Below are positions 15,606-24,226 of a stretch of DNA of 42,992 nucleotides, piece by piece. The stretch's first letter is position 1. Every line of letters begins with the position of its first letter. The stretch lies in IMG/VR virus record IMGVR_UViG_3300048898_000130, positions 1-42,992 of that record; one strand, 5' to 3'. A program made the position numbers and the translations under genes. Under the pieces are notes generated by a model. The model did no database searches. It was not told where the DNA came from and saw nothing but the letters and a program-made list of their open reading frames with translations. Origin of the DNA: a virus (taxonomy: Duplodnaviria > Caudoviricetes).

Positions 15606-15662
15606 GTTTCTGTATCGCTATGGGTTCCCAGGAGTGCGAATCCTGGTTTCCGGGGAGGTCAC

Positions 15663-16010
15663 TTGACGGACAAGACGCTCGAGGAACAGGTAGGTCCCGT
15701 CCTGGGACCGCTGGTGCAGGCGCTCGGGGACTACATCCTGCGACGGATGGAACGGGGGGCCAATGACGACTGGGTGAACCAGCACGGCTCCCCGCTCGGG
15801 CCCCGTAGACACTGCGCTATCGTGCGGAAACTGCAGGAGCAGGGCGACGAGCGGGCCGTCAAGCGGGGCGATATGTACTTGCTCCGCCGAGACGCCTTCA
15901 CCGAAGCCATGGCCGAGCGCGGCAAGGCACCGTTGGTCAAGAAAGCGTCTCCGCCCGATCCGGAACAGGCCGCGGTCGAGCGGATCCAGAAACGACTCGG
16001 GGGGAAGTAA
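15663..16010 (+). CDS. Excisionase-like DNA-binding protein (putative)
   Basis: GGGGAGGT SD before TTG; basic; coupled to integrase; AVKRGDMYLLRRD wing-like motif. Confidence 0.5.
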   Translation: MTDKTLEEQVGPVLGPLVQALGDYILRRMERGANDDWVNQHGSPLGPRRHCAIVRKLQEQGDERAVKRGDMYLLRRDAFTEAMAERGKAPLVKKASPPDPEQAAVERIQKRLGGK

Positions 16011-17716
16011 TGGCACGGTTCAAAAAGAAGCTGCAGGGCTGGGGCATCAAGCTCCGATTTGGTGAAGGCCGGGACGAGTGGTTCACGCTCGCGGTCGACA
16101 ACGACGCCGACCATGAGCCGTTAGCGAAGGACCGCCACCGCCGACTGCAGCGAATGGCCAAGCTCCTGGCGGCCGCCGGCAGGCACACCGAGGCCCGGGT
16201 CATCCTCGAGGAGGCCGCGGCCGAGCGCAACGAGAAGGCCTTCCGAGCCGTGGAGGTCATGGTCGAGGGGTTCTCTCCTGCCGAAGCCCGGGAGGACAAG
16301 AAACCCGCCACGTTCCGTCAGGTCGCGGCCCTCTACACATCCGGCACCCTGCACGAACTCCACCCCGACGAGGTCCCGTTCAAAGGCACACTCAGCCTCG
16401 AGGGCAGCCAGACGCAACTGGCGGTGTTCCTGCCCCTGCTCGGTGACAAGCCCATCGCGGACATCACCCGAGAGGACATCGACGAGGCCAAGCGCCGGAT
16501 CCCGAAGGGCTCGAGTGGCCCCACCCGAAGGCAGTACGTCCGGGAGCTCCGTCGGATCCTGAAGTTCGCGGTCGAGCCCCTGAGGCTCGTGGATCACACC
16601 GTGTCGGTCACCGTGCCCAAGCGGCAGAAGGGCGAGGGTCAGATCTTCTCGTTCCTGTACCCGCACGAGGAACGCATGCTGTCGGGCTGCCAAGCGATCC
16701 CCATCGAGTGGCGGTTCCTCTACGCCTTCCTCTTCCGCAACGGCACCCGTGTGAGTGAGACCGTCCAGATCACCTGGGATCACATCGACCTGGTCACGGG
16801 AGATCTCCACCTCGACAAGGCGTGGACCAAGATGAAGGTCGCGCGGCGTTGGGTGGTCGAGAACGACGTCCTGGAGGCGCTGAAGCTCCGCCGAGCTGCC
16901 ATCCCGAATGCGACCCTCGTCTTCCCTTCCCCAACCGGAAAGAAGTTCACCCGCCAGGCCGTGCGCCAGAGGTTCCTTGCCGACCTGGTCCGCGCTGGAC
17001 TCTCCCGCCCCGAGCTCTTCGGCAGGGTCGACGGCGTCCGGGGCCTGACCACCCACGACACCCGGGCCACGTTCGTCACGCTCTGCCGCCGGGTGGGTCG
17101 ATCCGACCAGTACATCCGCGACCGCACGGGGCAGACCGCCAAGGTGCTCGAGCAGTACTCGCGCCTCGTCCGGCACGCGGAGGAACTCCGGCTCGGATGG
17201 CTCGACCCGATGGCGGTGGCCCTCGGCCTGGTCCCCGACTCGTTGCAAGGCATTGCCCCGGCGCGGTACGCTACGGCCCTCGACCTGCCCCCGTCCTTGG
17301 CCCAGACTGTTGGGCCACTCATGGACCAAAGCGCACGGGAGAGCCAAAATAGGCTGCTTCAGGGCACTAAATTCCGTTTCAGTTCAACGGACACGGAGCC
17401 TTTTGAGCCACTGACCGAGCCTAATTTGGCTCCGGGCGAAGGCCCAACGGCGGCGAGTGGCCCCAGTGGCCCAGCGGAGAAATCGATTCTGGACCAGTCA
17501 TTGGTCCAAGACGCGGGTCCGCCGACGCCCCGACCCGAAGCCGCCGACCCCATCGAAAAGGCCCTCGCCTACGCGCTCGAGCAGGCCACCCAAGACCGCC
17601 GCTACGACGTCGTCCTGGCCGTCACGAGGGAGCTCGAGCAGCGCAGGCTGGCACGGCAAGCCTCCAACGTCACGAGCCTCGATAGCCGGCGCAAGCCGAA
17701 GGGGGAGGGCAAGTGA
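16010..17716 (+). CDS. int: Tyrosine integrase with long C-terminal extension
   Basis: NGTRVSE (catalytic R), WTKMK, THDTRATF (HxxR), TGQT...LEQY (catalytic Y; second His replaced by Gln). Confidence 0.92.
   Translation: MARFKKKLQGWGIKLRFGEGRDEWFTLAVDNDADHEPLAKDRHRRLQRMAKLLAAAGRHTEARVILEEAAAERNEKAFRAVEVMVEGFSPAEAREDKKPATFRQVAALYTSGTLHELHPDEVPFKGTLSLEGSQTQLAVFLPLLGDKPIADITREDIDEAKRRIPKGSSGPTRRQYVRELRRILKFAVEPLRLVDHTVSVTVPKRQKGEGQIFSFLYPHEERMLSGCQAIPIEWRFLYAFLFRNGTRVSETVQITWDHIDLVTGDLHLDKAWTKMKVARRWVVENDVLEALKLRRAAIPNATLVFPSPTGKKFTRQAVRQRFLADLVRAGLSRPELFGRVDGVRGLTTHDTRATFVTLCRRVGRSDQYIRDRTGQTAKVLEQYSRLVRHAEELRLGWLDPMAVALGLVPDSLQGIAPARYATALDLPPSLAQTVGPLMDQSARESQNRLLQGTKFRFSSTDTEPFEPLTEPNLAPGEGPTAASGPSGPAEKSILDQSLVQDAGPPTPRPEAADPIEKALAYALEQATQDRRYDVVLAVTRELEQRRLARQASNVTSLDSRRKPKGEGK
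17298..17508. other. Predicted attP inside the integrase ORF
   Basis: Core TCCGTT-TCAGTTC-AACGGA (17373-91); 15-bp inverted repeat 17341-55/17418-32; six TGGNCCA motifs (17298, 17311, 17322, 17467, 17490, 17502). Confidence 0.7.
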
Positions 17717-18204
17717 GCGACGAACCCGAGATGGGCGTGGTCATCCGCCGGGACTTCGGCGGGCTCGCTCAAATCAAAGAGGTAGGCGCGGACAAGCGCC
17801 TGTTCCCGTGCCGTCACCTGGCCACGGTCGTGGACGCGGTCGAGCACACGGTGGCCTGCGCGTCGTGTGAGGCCCCATTAGACCCGTTCCAGGTGTTGCT
17901 CGAGTACGCGCGCAAAGAACGCCACTGGCGCGGCTGGGATGCGGAATTAAACCGCACCCAGCAGCGCATCGACGAGCTGAAGGCAGAGGAGCGTAAGGTC
18001 AAGGCCCGCACCAAGAACGCCGCGCGCAAAGAGGCCGCTACCGCCGTTGCGGATGAGCGCGCCCGATCCGAGCGAGCCCGTTTCGAGATTGCCGAGAAGG
18101 CCAGGGACATCGCGCAACTGTGCAAAAGCATCGAGCGCCTGGCCCGGATGCCGCAATCGACTCTCGCCGAAGCGCAATCGCTCAACTTCGAAAGGACCCC
18201 ATGA
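17713..18204 (+). CDS. Zn-binding plus coiled-coil hypothetical protein
   Basis: CRH...VACASCEAPLDPF then coiled coil; GTGA overlap. Confidence 0.7.
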   Translation: MSDEPEMGVVIRRDFGGLAQIKEVGADKRLFPCRHLATVVDAVEHTVACASCEAPLDPFQVLLEYARKERHWRGWDAELNRTQQRIDELKAEERKVKARTKNAARKEAATAVADERARSERARFEIAEKARDIAQLCKSIERLARMPQSTLAEAQSLNFERTP

Positions 18205-18446
18205 CCCAACGCATCGACTGGGAAGCCCTCGGCAAAGCCGCCGGAGAGGCAGAGAAGAACGGAACACCGGGAATCAAACAGAAGCGCCCCGAAGGCTGGA
18301 AGCCCGGATCGCGATACACCCCGGGGGCTCTACGGCCACCCACCGCGGAGCAATTGGAGCGCGCCCACCGAAGGACCGTGCGCGGGCACGAGAGTCAGGC
18401 CTTGGCACGCAAGCTCGATGCCGTGCTCGGGACGGAGGAGGAGTGA
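18201..18446 (+). CDS. Hypothetical protein
   Basis: AAGGA SD, ATGA overlap. Confidence 0.6.
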   Translation: MTQRIDWEALGKAAGEAEKNGTPGIKQKRPEGWKPGSRYTPGALRPPTAEQLERAHRRTVRGHESQALARKLDAVLGTEEE

Positions 18447-18772
18447 TGCTCTGGCAACTCTGGGCCCTGCACTTCCTGTGTGACTTCCCGTTGCAGGGTG
18501 ACTTTCTCGCGCGCGCCAAGAATCATCTGACACCGATCCCGGGAGTGTACGGGCCCCTCTGCCTGTTTGCACACGCCTTCATCCAAGCCGCTGCCGTCGC
18601 GCTCATCTTGCCGCTGCCGTACGCGGGCTGCGAACTCGTCACCCACCTCGCACTCGACGTCGCCAAGAACGAGGGTGTGCTCGGCACTGGCTCGCGCGGG
18701 TTCATCGTCGACCAGCTTGCTCATCTCGGGCTGAAGGTCGCCTACGTGGGCATCCACTGGTGGCTGGCGTGA
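18446..18772 (+). CDS. DUF3307-like membrane protein
   Basis: HFLCDFPLQ...K...HAFIQ...HLALDVAK...DQLAH motif set. Confidence 0.75.
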   Translation: MLWQLWALHFLCDFPLQGDFLARAKNHLTPIPGVYGPLCLFAHAFIQAAAVALILPLPYAGCELVTHLALDVAKNEGVLGTGSRGFIVDQLAHLGLKVAYVGIHWWLA

Positions 18773-18996
18773 CCCTCGCTCCCCAGCCCCCTCCCTTGCC
18801 TGCTCCCCCGGGTGCCAAGTCCGTACAGGACTCGCTCATCGAGGACATCGAGGCTCGCAAGCAACAGGGCCTCCGAACGTACGGGACTCTGCTCCACCCG
18901 CACAACGGCCGTGACGCCCTGCAAGACGCGTACGAGGAAGCGATCGACCTCGCGCTTTACCTGAAGCAGGCGCTACTCGAGAGAGGCCCGCGATGA
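18769..18996 (+). CDS. Small helical protein, possibly MazG-like all-alpha NTP pyrophosphatase family
   Basis: R..G..TYG...DALQDAYEEAIDLALYL (EExxD). Confidence 0.55.
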   Translation: MTLAPQPPPLPAPPGAKSVQDSLIEDIEARKQQGLRTYGTLLHPHNGRDALQDAYEEAIDLALYLKQALLERGPR

Positions 18997-19103
18997 AGCT
19001 CATCCCCTCTCCTCACCCCGCCGACACCCTGTTCTGCTTTGCCCTCACCATCCTCTGCCTGTGCACTCTGGCTGGCATCGGGGTGAGCTGGTGGGTGCAC
19101 TGA
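18993..19103 (+). CDS. Small TM peptide, 36 aa
   Basis: Coupled on both sides; hydrophobic. Confidence 0.5.
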   Translation: MKLIPSPHPADTLFCFALTILCLCTLAGIGVSWWVH

Positions 19104-19246
19104 TGGAACTGAAGCCTCAAGCGCTGCCCCGCGTGCGCATCGTCCTGGCTGTCACCGCCAAGCCCGATCCCCGCCCCCTGCCCGAGGACAATCTGTCCGT
19201 GAGGGCGATCCGGGAGCTCGAATCGCAACTGAAGGAGACCCCTTGA
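19103..19246 (+). CDS. Hypothetical protein, 47 aa
   Basis: TGATG coupling. Confidence 0.5.
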   Translation: MELKPQALPRVRIVLAVTAKPDPRPLPEDNLSVRAIRELESQLKETP

Positions 19247-19419
19247 AGCGCCCCAAGAAATACACCCGCGTCAACCTGGTCCTCGACGAGGCCGCGGTCC
19301 GGCACGTCCGGCACATCATGGGCAAGATGTTCCAGGACATCAAAATCCACGAGCGAGTGAGCAAGGGCCTGGCGATCCGGCATGCCCTGAAGGTGGCGGC
19401 GGAGGCGATGGGGGGATGA
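19243..19419 (+). CDS. Small RHH-like DNA-binding protein, 58 aa (not in ORF track)
   Basis: AAGGAG SD, TTG start; TRVNLVLDE...VSKGLAIRHAL. Confidence 0.6.
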   Translation: MKRPKKYTRVNLVLDEAAVRHVRHIMGKMFQDIKIHERVSKGLAIRHALKVAAEAMGG

Positions 19420-20438
19420 GCTGGCTCCGGGACGACGACGACATGCTCGACCACGAGAAGTGGCGGCGTGCTCTACGGGACGGGGGCGACGGCGCTCTGC
19501 TCGTCTGGGCACGGCTCCGGGCGTGGTGCTCGCGGCGTCTGACCGACGGCGTCATTCCCGCGGACATGGTCGATGAGGTGGCGGAGATCGGACGCAGCCG
19601 TGCACGGGCTCGCGCGCTCCGTGCACTGGTCGAGCACGGGTTGTGCGCACGGCGTGCGTGCGGCTCGCTCACGATCGTCGGTTACCTCGAGCGCAACCCG
19701 AGCAGGGCGCGCGTCTTAGAGGAGCGAGACCGGAGATCCGAAGCGCAACGAAAACGCCGGCTTGGCGGAAATGTGACCGGGCACGCGGTGAGCAGCGGTG
19801 AGCCACGAAGCCCTAGCGTAACGAAGTCCCGGCCCGGCCCGGCCCGGCCCATATCACTCTCTAACGAGAGTGAGGACGCGCGCGCGCTGGATGTGCCTGA
19901 GGTTCCCGGACTCGAGCGCGTGGCCCCGCTGCTGCAGCCCGTCGGCGGATCGGGCCGGGTCTACTCGCTGCCCGGAGCCGATCCGCCGAAGGAGTTCCTC
20001 GACGACGCGCTGATGGGCGGGGTCTCCATCGAGCAGGCCAAGAGCACCTGGGAGCACTACCACGGCGCCGGATTGCCCCCGAGCGGGGTCGAGCGGCTGC
20101 ACCCGTGGCTGGTCAAGCGCGCCAAGGAACGGGCGATGCAGCTGGCCAAGGCACCCAAGAGCGGCCCCCGCATGGTCGAATCCGACCTCGACACGACCGG
20201 AGCGGCCACGGCCTTCCGCCCCTCCGAAGCCCACCGCGAGTACGCTGGCGCCAAGGGCCTCGATGCCGAGCAGGCCGCGCGCGAGTACCGCAAGGGCGAG
20301 ACCTGCAGGCGCCTCGACACCGCCGAGCAGGAGCGGGATTTCATGAACCGGTTGAGATGCTGGTTCGCGACCGGAAGATTCATCCCCGACGGACCCCTAC
20401 CGAGACCGCCGGCCAAAGTGAAGGAGGCGAGAGCGTGA
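19416..20438 (+). CDS. Phage replication initiator (RepA-like)
   Basis: MSWLRDDDDMLDHEKW...AWCSRRLTDGVIP...L...GL N-terminus and SRPGPARP linker typical of high-GC phage initiators. Confidence 0.7.
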   Translation: MSWLRDDDDMLDHEKWRRALRDGGDGALLVWARLRAWCSRRLTDGVIPADMVDEVAEIGRSRARARALRALVEHGLCARRACGSLTIVGYLERNPSRARVLEERDRRSEAQRKRRLGGNVTGHAVSSGEPRSPSVTKSRPGPARPISLSNESEDARALDVPEVPGLERVAPLLQPVGGSGRVYSLPGADPPKEFLDDALMGGVSIEQAKSTWEHYHGAGLPPSGVERLHPWLVKRAKERAMQLAKAPKSGPRMVESDLDTTGAATAFRPSEAHREYAGAKGLDAEQAAREYRKGETCRRLDTAEQERDFMNRLRCWFATGRFIPDGPLPRPPAKVKEARA

Positions 20439-20572
20439 TGTACGGGCCAACGTCAGGTGAAATCCTGGGCTTCTGCGCGCTGCTGCTGCTCGTGGGCGCT
20501 CTACTCGGCATCGGGTGCAACGCTGGTTGTGGCTGGGTGCGCGCACACGTGAACGTCGAGGTGAAGTCATGA
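20438..20572 (+). CDS. Small membrane or lipoprotein-like peptide
   Basis: Hydrophobic stretch ending GIGC; AGGAGG upstream. Confidence 0.5.
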   Translation: MYGPTSGEILGFCALLLLVGALLGIGCNAGCGWVRAHVNVEVKS

Positions 20573-20820
20573 CCCCCGAAGAACTCCAAGCCCGCCTGGC
20601 CGCCGGCATCCCAGCGCCAGTCCCGCCCACAAAGCCGAGCCCGACCCTGCACGTGAGCGAGCTCGTCGGCCCCACCCTCGAGCACTGCCTGATCCACGCC
20701 AGGAAATTCAAACTCATCGACGACCAGGGCCAGGTCTGGTGCATCCACGATGGCTGTCAGAACGCGGCCACGATGCCGACGTTGCAGTGTGCCGAGCATG
20801 TGGCGTGGAGGCGGAAGTGA
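20569..20820 (+). CDS. Hypothetical protein with C-terminal Cys/His motif
   Basis: CIHDGC...CAEH; ATGA overlap. Confidence 0.6.
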   Translation: MTPEELQARLAAGIPAPVPPTKPSPTLHVSELVGPTLEHCLIHARKFKLIDDQGQVWCIHDGCQNAATMPTLQCAEHVAWRRK

Positions 20821-21182
20821 GCCCAAGGACGGATTGGGATGCCGTGCCTGAGTCGGCCTACGTCCGGATGCGCATCCAGGACAGCCGCGCGAATTGTGAC
20901 CCCATGCTCGCGCTGTTCATGGGGGTGGCGGTGCCCATGTGGATCGAACGAATGAAAGACTGGCCGCTGGGTGACATCGAGACGCGAGCGCATAGCCTCA
21001 CGGATATCGTAACGAGCAGCCAGGGGATCGCTGCCATGGTGGACCCGGATGCTCGTGGTACCCAACGCAAAGGGGAGCTCGCCAACGCCTTCAACGCGCT
21101 AGCCGAGGGCATCGCCTGCCTCGCTCATTGCCCGGAAGGTATCTGTTTCGGCGGTCATCATTGGGAGGTCAAGCGTGGTTGA
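20817..21182 (+). CDS. Hypothetical protein, paralogue A
   Basis: AVPMWIE...FNALAEGIACLAHCPEGICFGGHHWE. Confidence 0.7.
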   Translation: MSPRTDWDAVPESAYVRMRIQDSRANCDPMLALFMGVAVPMWIERMKDWPLGDIETRAHSLTDIVTSSQGIAAMVDPDARGTQRKGELANAFNALAEGIACLAHCPEGICFGGHHWEVKRG

Positions 21183-22053
21183 TGTGGCGGAGCACATGCT
21201 GATCATCACCCAGGAAGCGAAGCGGCTCCGGCGAGCACTGCCCGCTTCGCACCTCATCGAGGTGGCGGATCTGGTGGCGGCGGGCGCGTTGAGAATCCAC
21301 GAAGGTCTGCGCTTTGATCTGACGGGTGGCCCAGCGCTCGTTCGCGTCTGGTCGCGGCAGGGGATGCTCGAGGAGATTCGGCGATGGGACCACGGCACCA
21401 AGACGCACCCCGTGCGCGCGGCTGCATTCTCCGCATACGAAGACGGTGCGGTCAGTTTGAAGCGGTGCATCCCTGCGCCGCCCATCGAGCTCATGATCGA
21501 TCTGCTCAGGGAACTGCTACGGGTTCGACTTCCGGATGCCTTCGCGTGGGTGTGCTCGCGCATCAACGACCAGGACCATGGCCACGCGGCGAGCGAACTC
21601 GGCGAGGCGGATTGCTCGATGCGCAACCGTGTCAGCCGGGCCAGCAAGCAGCTCCGCGTGGCGCTGCGCGAGTATGAGCCGCGCCCCGCGAAGACGCCGC
21701 ATCAGCGCGCGGTCGAGCTTTTCCGGGAAGGTGCGTCATGCGCGGAAGTGCATCGCCGGCTTGGCATGAGCGAAGCGCGAGCCGCCCGAATCCAAGACAG
21801 CGTCGACCCGCTCGCCAAGAGACGCCGCGCAGCGTGGGCGAGCAAGATTCGCAACGGGCGCCCGGAGATCAAATTGGCGGACATCGTCGCTCTCAGGCGT
21901 GACGGCTTGACCCAAAAGGCCATCGCGGACCGGCTCGGTTGTGGGCAGGCACTCGTGAATCGGAGAATGAACAAAGCGGGCCTCAACGAAGGGCGCATCG
22001 ATAGTTTGCGCAAAGCCGGGATTAGACCACTCGCGAAGTGCGGTGTGGCGTGA
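21175..22053 (+). CDS. Sigma70-family (FliA/WhiG-like) factor with extra HTH motifs
   Basis: AKRLRRALPASH.IEVADLVAAG...RFD...GMLEEIRRWD (region 2); region-4-like segment; two more HTH motifs. Confidence 0.65.
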   Translation: MVDVAEHMLIITQEAKRLRRALPASHLIEVADLVAAGALRIHEGLRFDLTGGPALVRVWSRQGMLEEIRRWDHGTKTHPVRAAAFSAYEDGAVSLKRCIPAPPIELMIDLLRELLRVRLPDAFAWVCSRINDQDHGHAASELGEADCSMRNRVSRASKQLRVALREYEPRPAKTPHQRAVELFREGASCAEVHRRLGMSEARAARIQDSVDPLAKRRRAAWASKIRNGRPEIKLADIVALRRDGLTQKAIADRLGCGQALVNRRMNKAGLNEGRIDSLRKAGIRPLAKCGVA

Positions 22054-22397
22054 CCCCCGAGTTCCATGCGCGCTCCCAGGGTATCGACACGGACCAGCAG
22101 CACACCGAGTTACTCACGGCGGCTCTAGCCCATGCGGTCCCTCTCTGGATCGAAGAAGTCCGGCCCTGGACCGTGGAGCAGCGCTGCGCTCGCGCCTGTG
22201 ATGCCTCGGGACTCATCGCGACCGGCGAGAAGTGCGACGATTTCCGGGGCAGACACGGCAACGGGCCGGCTCATTTCGCCAACCGCTGCCCCAACGGCGA
22301 TGGGACGATCTTCAATGCGCTTGCCATGGGCCTCGCCCTGCTCAGCTACCTACCCGGCGGCATCACCTATCTCGGCACCCACTGGGAGACCCCATGA
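22050..22397 (+). CDS. Hypothetical protein, paralogue B
   Basis: AVPLWIE...FNALAMGLALLSYLPGGITYLGTHWE. Confidence 0.7.
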   Translation: MTPEFHARSQGIDTDQQHTELLTAALAHAVPLWIEEVRPWTVEQRCARACDASGLIATGEKCDDFRGRHGNGPAHFANRCPNGDGTIFNALAMGLALLSYLPGGITYLGTHWETP

Positions 22398-23350
22398 CCC
22401 CCCACATCACCCTCGACCCCAACGGCACCGGAGCCCTCTACTGTCAGCACTGCGCGGAGCTCTACCCTCCTTCCTTGCCCTGCACGGTGGAGAGATGGAT
22501 CGACCAGTGCCGGGGGTTCGTGTTGATGCACAAGCACTGCCCGAAGCCCTTGGAACCGAGCAAGCAGGTGCAGCTGTTTGACGAGCTGGCGAAGCGGGAG
22601 CCAGTCCTGAAGGGTCGCGCCTCTGACATGCTCCGGGAGCTACGAGAGGACGACTCCGACGGCATGGAGACCGAGGACGAGTGCAGCGCGCGGACCGTGC
22701 GCGAGGAGATGCGCGCGGCCTGCTCCCACAAGTTCGTGGACAGCAAGAATTGCCTCAAGTGCAGGATCAGCTTCGCGGAACTGAAGGCGGAGAGCCTGCG
22801 CGAGTCGCGGCGCTTGAACGGCATCGACGGCAACAGCGACGCCCCTGACCCGGAGACGGATCCGCCGGGCAATCCGCTGCAGGGTATCCGCGCGTCGGAC
22901 TGGCTCAGGGAACTGGCCGAGGACGACGCGGAAGGCGAGGTGACGGCCGACGGGGCACCCCTGCCTCCCCCGGCATACTCGCACCTGGTCCCGGATGAAG
23001 CGACGCGCCTGAAGTTCCTCCAGCACTACCCCTGGCCCAAGGACTCTTTCCAGCTCCGGGCCGACCTGGCCATCGTCCTGCAGAGAATCGAGGGCGCAGA
23101 GCTACCGAGCGCGGCAACGGTCAATGGCTGGCACCCGGACACGATCCAATTCCAGAAGGCCGCCGGCTGGGTCAGGGATGAACTCGCCGACATGAACCGC
23201 ACAGAGCATCCGGAGTTTGACCTGTTCTTGCCCCTCGAGCGGCAACCGATGCCCAAGGAATTGGCGGCGCTGTGCATGCCACCGAAGCGGAAGGCCAAGG
23301 GAGCACGGCCGCTCGCCAACCCGAAGCCGAGAGCGAGGAAGAGTGCGTGA
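22394..23350 (+). CDS. Hypothetical multi-domain protein with Zn-binding motifs
   Basis: CQHC...HKHC and CSH...CLKC; acidic linkers. Confidence 0.65.
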   Translation: MTPHITLDPNGTGALYCQHCAELYPPSLPCTVERWIDQCRGFVLMHKHCPKPLEPSKQVQLFDELAKREPVLKGRASDMLRELREDDSDGMETEDECSARTVREEMRAACSHKFVDSKNCLKCRISFAELKAESLRESRRLNGIDGNSDAPDPETDPPGNPLQGIRASDWLRELAEDDAEGEVTADGAPLPPPAYSHLVPDEATRLKFLQHYPWPKDSFQLRADLAIVLQRIEGAELPSAATVNGWHPDTIQFQKAAGWVRDELADMNRTEHPEFDLFLPLERQPMPKELAALCMPPKRKAKGARPLANPKPRARKSA

Positions 23351-23508
23351 CCTGGCGACCCCTGCCCAAGGGCGCGCGCCGGCCCTGCCAGCGCTGCCGA
23401 GTGGTGAGCATCCTGCGGCGTCACGGCCGGCGATTCTGCGGTGGCTGCAGCCGGAACACGCACACCCGCCGGAGGTGGCTCAAAGCCGGATGCCGGGAGA
23501 GCTACTGA
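23347..23508 (+). CDS. Small Zn-finger protein
   Basis: CQRC...FCGGC; GTGA overlap. Confidence 0.55.
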   Translation: MTWRPLPKGARRPCQRCRVVSILRRHGRRFCGGCSRNTHTRRRWLKAGCRESY

Positions 23509-23575
23509 ACCGGCACACAAATCGGATCCGGCCGTGACCAGATTCCCGCTCGACTGACTGGCACTGTCATACGGT

Positions 23576-23586
23576 CGTAGTACAAT
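23576..23586 (+). promoter_or_regulatory. -10-like box CGTAGTACAAT, 9 nt before ATG
   Basis: Twin of 15486-15496. Confidence 0.6.
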
Positions 23587-23595
23587 AGATAGACG

Positions 23596-23829
23596 ATGGC
23601 CCAATCACTAGCCTACTTCCCCGAGCGCGCCACGCTCCCCAACCTCACCCGCGCCGAATTTGTGGCTCAGGTGAACGCGACCTGCCGCAGGGTGGGAGTG
23701 GCTCAGCTCGCGGACTTCGACGCTACCTGTCGAGCCCTGGCCATCGAGCTGTTCTGCCAGGAGCTGCCCTGCCGCACCCTGGCCATCTACCTGTCCTCGG
23801 CCTGCAACGTCCAATTCAAGGGGGAATGA
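23596..23829 (+). CDS. Hypothetical protein
   Basis: First gene after promoter-like box. Confidence 0.6.
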   Translation: MAQSLAYFPERATLPNLTRAEFVAQVNATCRRVGVAQLADFDATCRALAIELFCQELPCRTLAIYLSSACNVQFKGE

Positions 23830-24032
23830 TCATGTCGCAATCCAACCGCTTCCACTTCCAGTTCAGCAACCCGACCGCGCAGAAGGCCGAGGCCGCCCTC
23901 AACCTACGAGAGACACAGAAGATGCTCCAGAAGCGCGTGCCGGCACACCTGCGCGAAGATGACAGTGCAGAGTTGTCCGCGGCTGGAGCGTGCTTCCGGA
24001 ACGTGTCTCGCATCCTTCGGGGTGGCAAGTGA
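23826..24032 (+). CDS. Hypothetical protein
   Basis: ATGA overlap. Confidence 0.6.
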   Translation: MIMSQSNRFHFQFSNPTAQKAEAALNLRETQKMLQKRVPAHLREDDSAELSAAGACFRNVSRILRGGK

Positions 24033-24226
24033 GCGCGTTCGATTCCCTGCTCGACGAGAGGGACGCGGCCCGTGAAGCCCACGCTCTGTACTGCGCCGCG
24101 GTGAACGAGGAAGGCGGCTGGACGACGTACACCTCTGCGAGGGCTCGCCAGCTGGAACAGGCCTACTTGCTCTTGCAGGAACGGATCGACGCGGAGCTCG
24201 ACGCCGAGCGCAAGGCGGGGCTGTGA
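24029..24226 (+). CDS. Hypothetical protein
   Basis: GTGA overlap; helical. Confidence 0.6.
   Translation: MSAFDSLLDERDAAREAHALYCAAVNEEGGWTTYTSARARQLEQAYLLLQERIDAELDAERKAGL

Noticed and set aside
17360-17388. dif-like XerCD site
   Set aside because: TTCAGTTCAAC matches the XerD arm at only 7 of 11 with a 7-bp centre; the phage has its own integrase and a cleaner symmetric core overlaps it
19828-19850. CCCGG pentamer run as replication iterons
   Set aside because: Explained by the RPGPARP linker of the initiator; an origin inside rep is possible but no clear iteron set or AT-rich tract was seen
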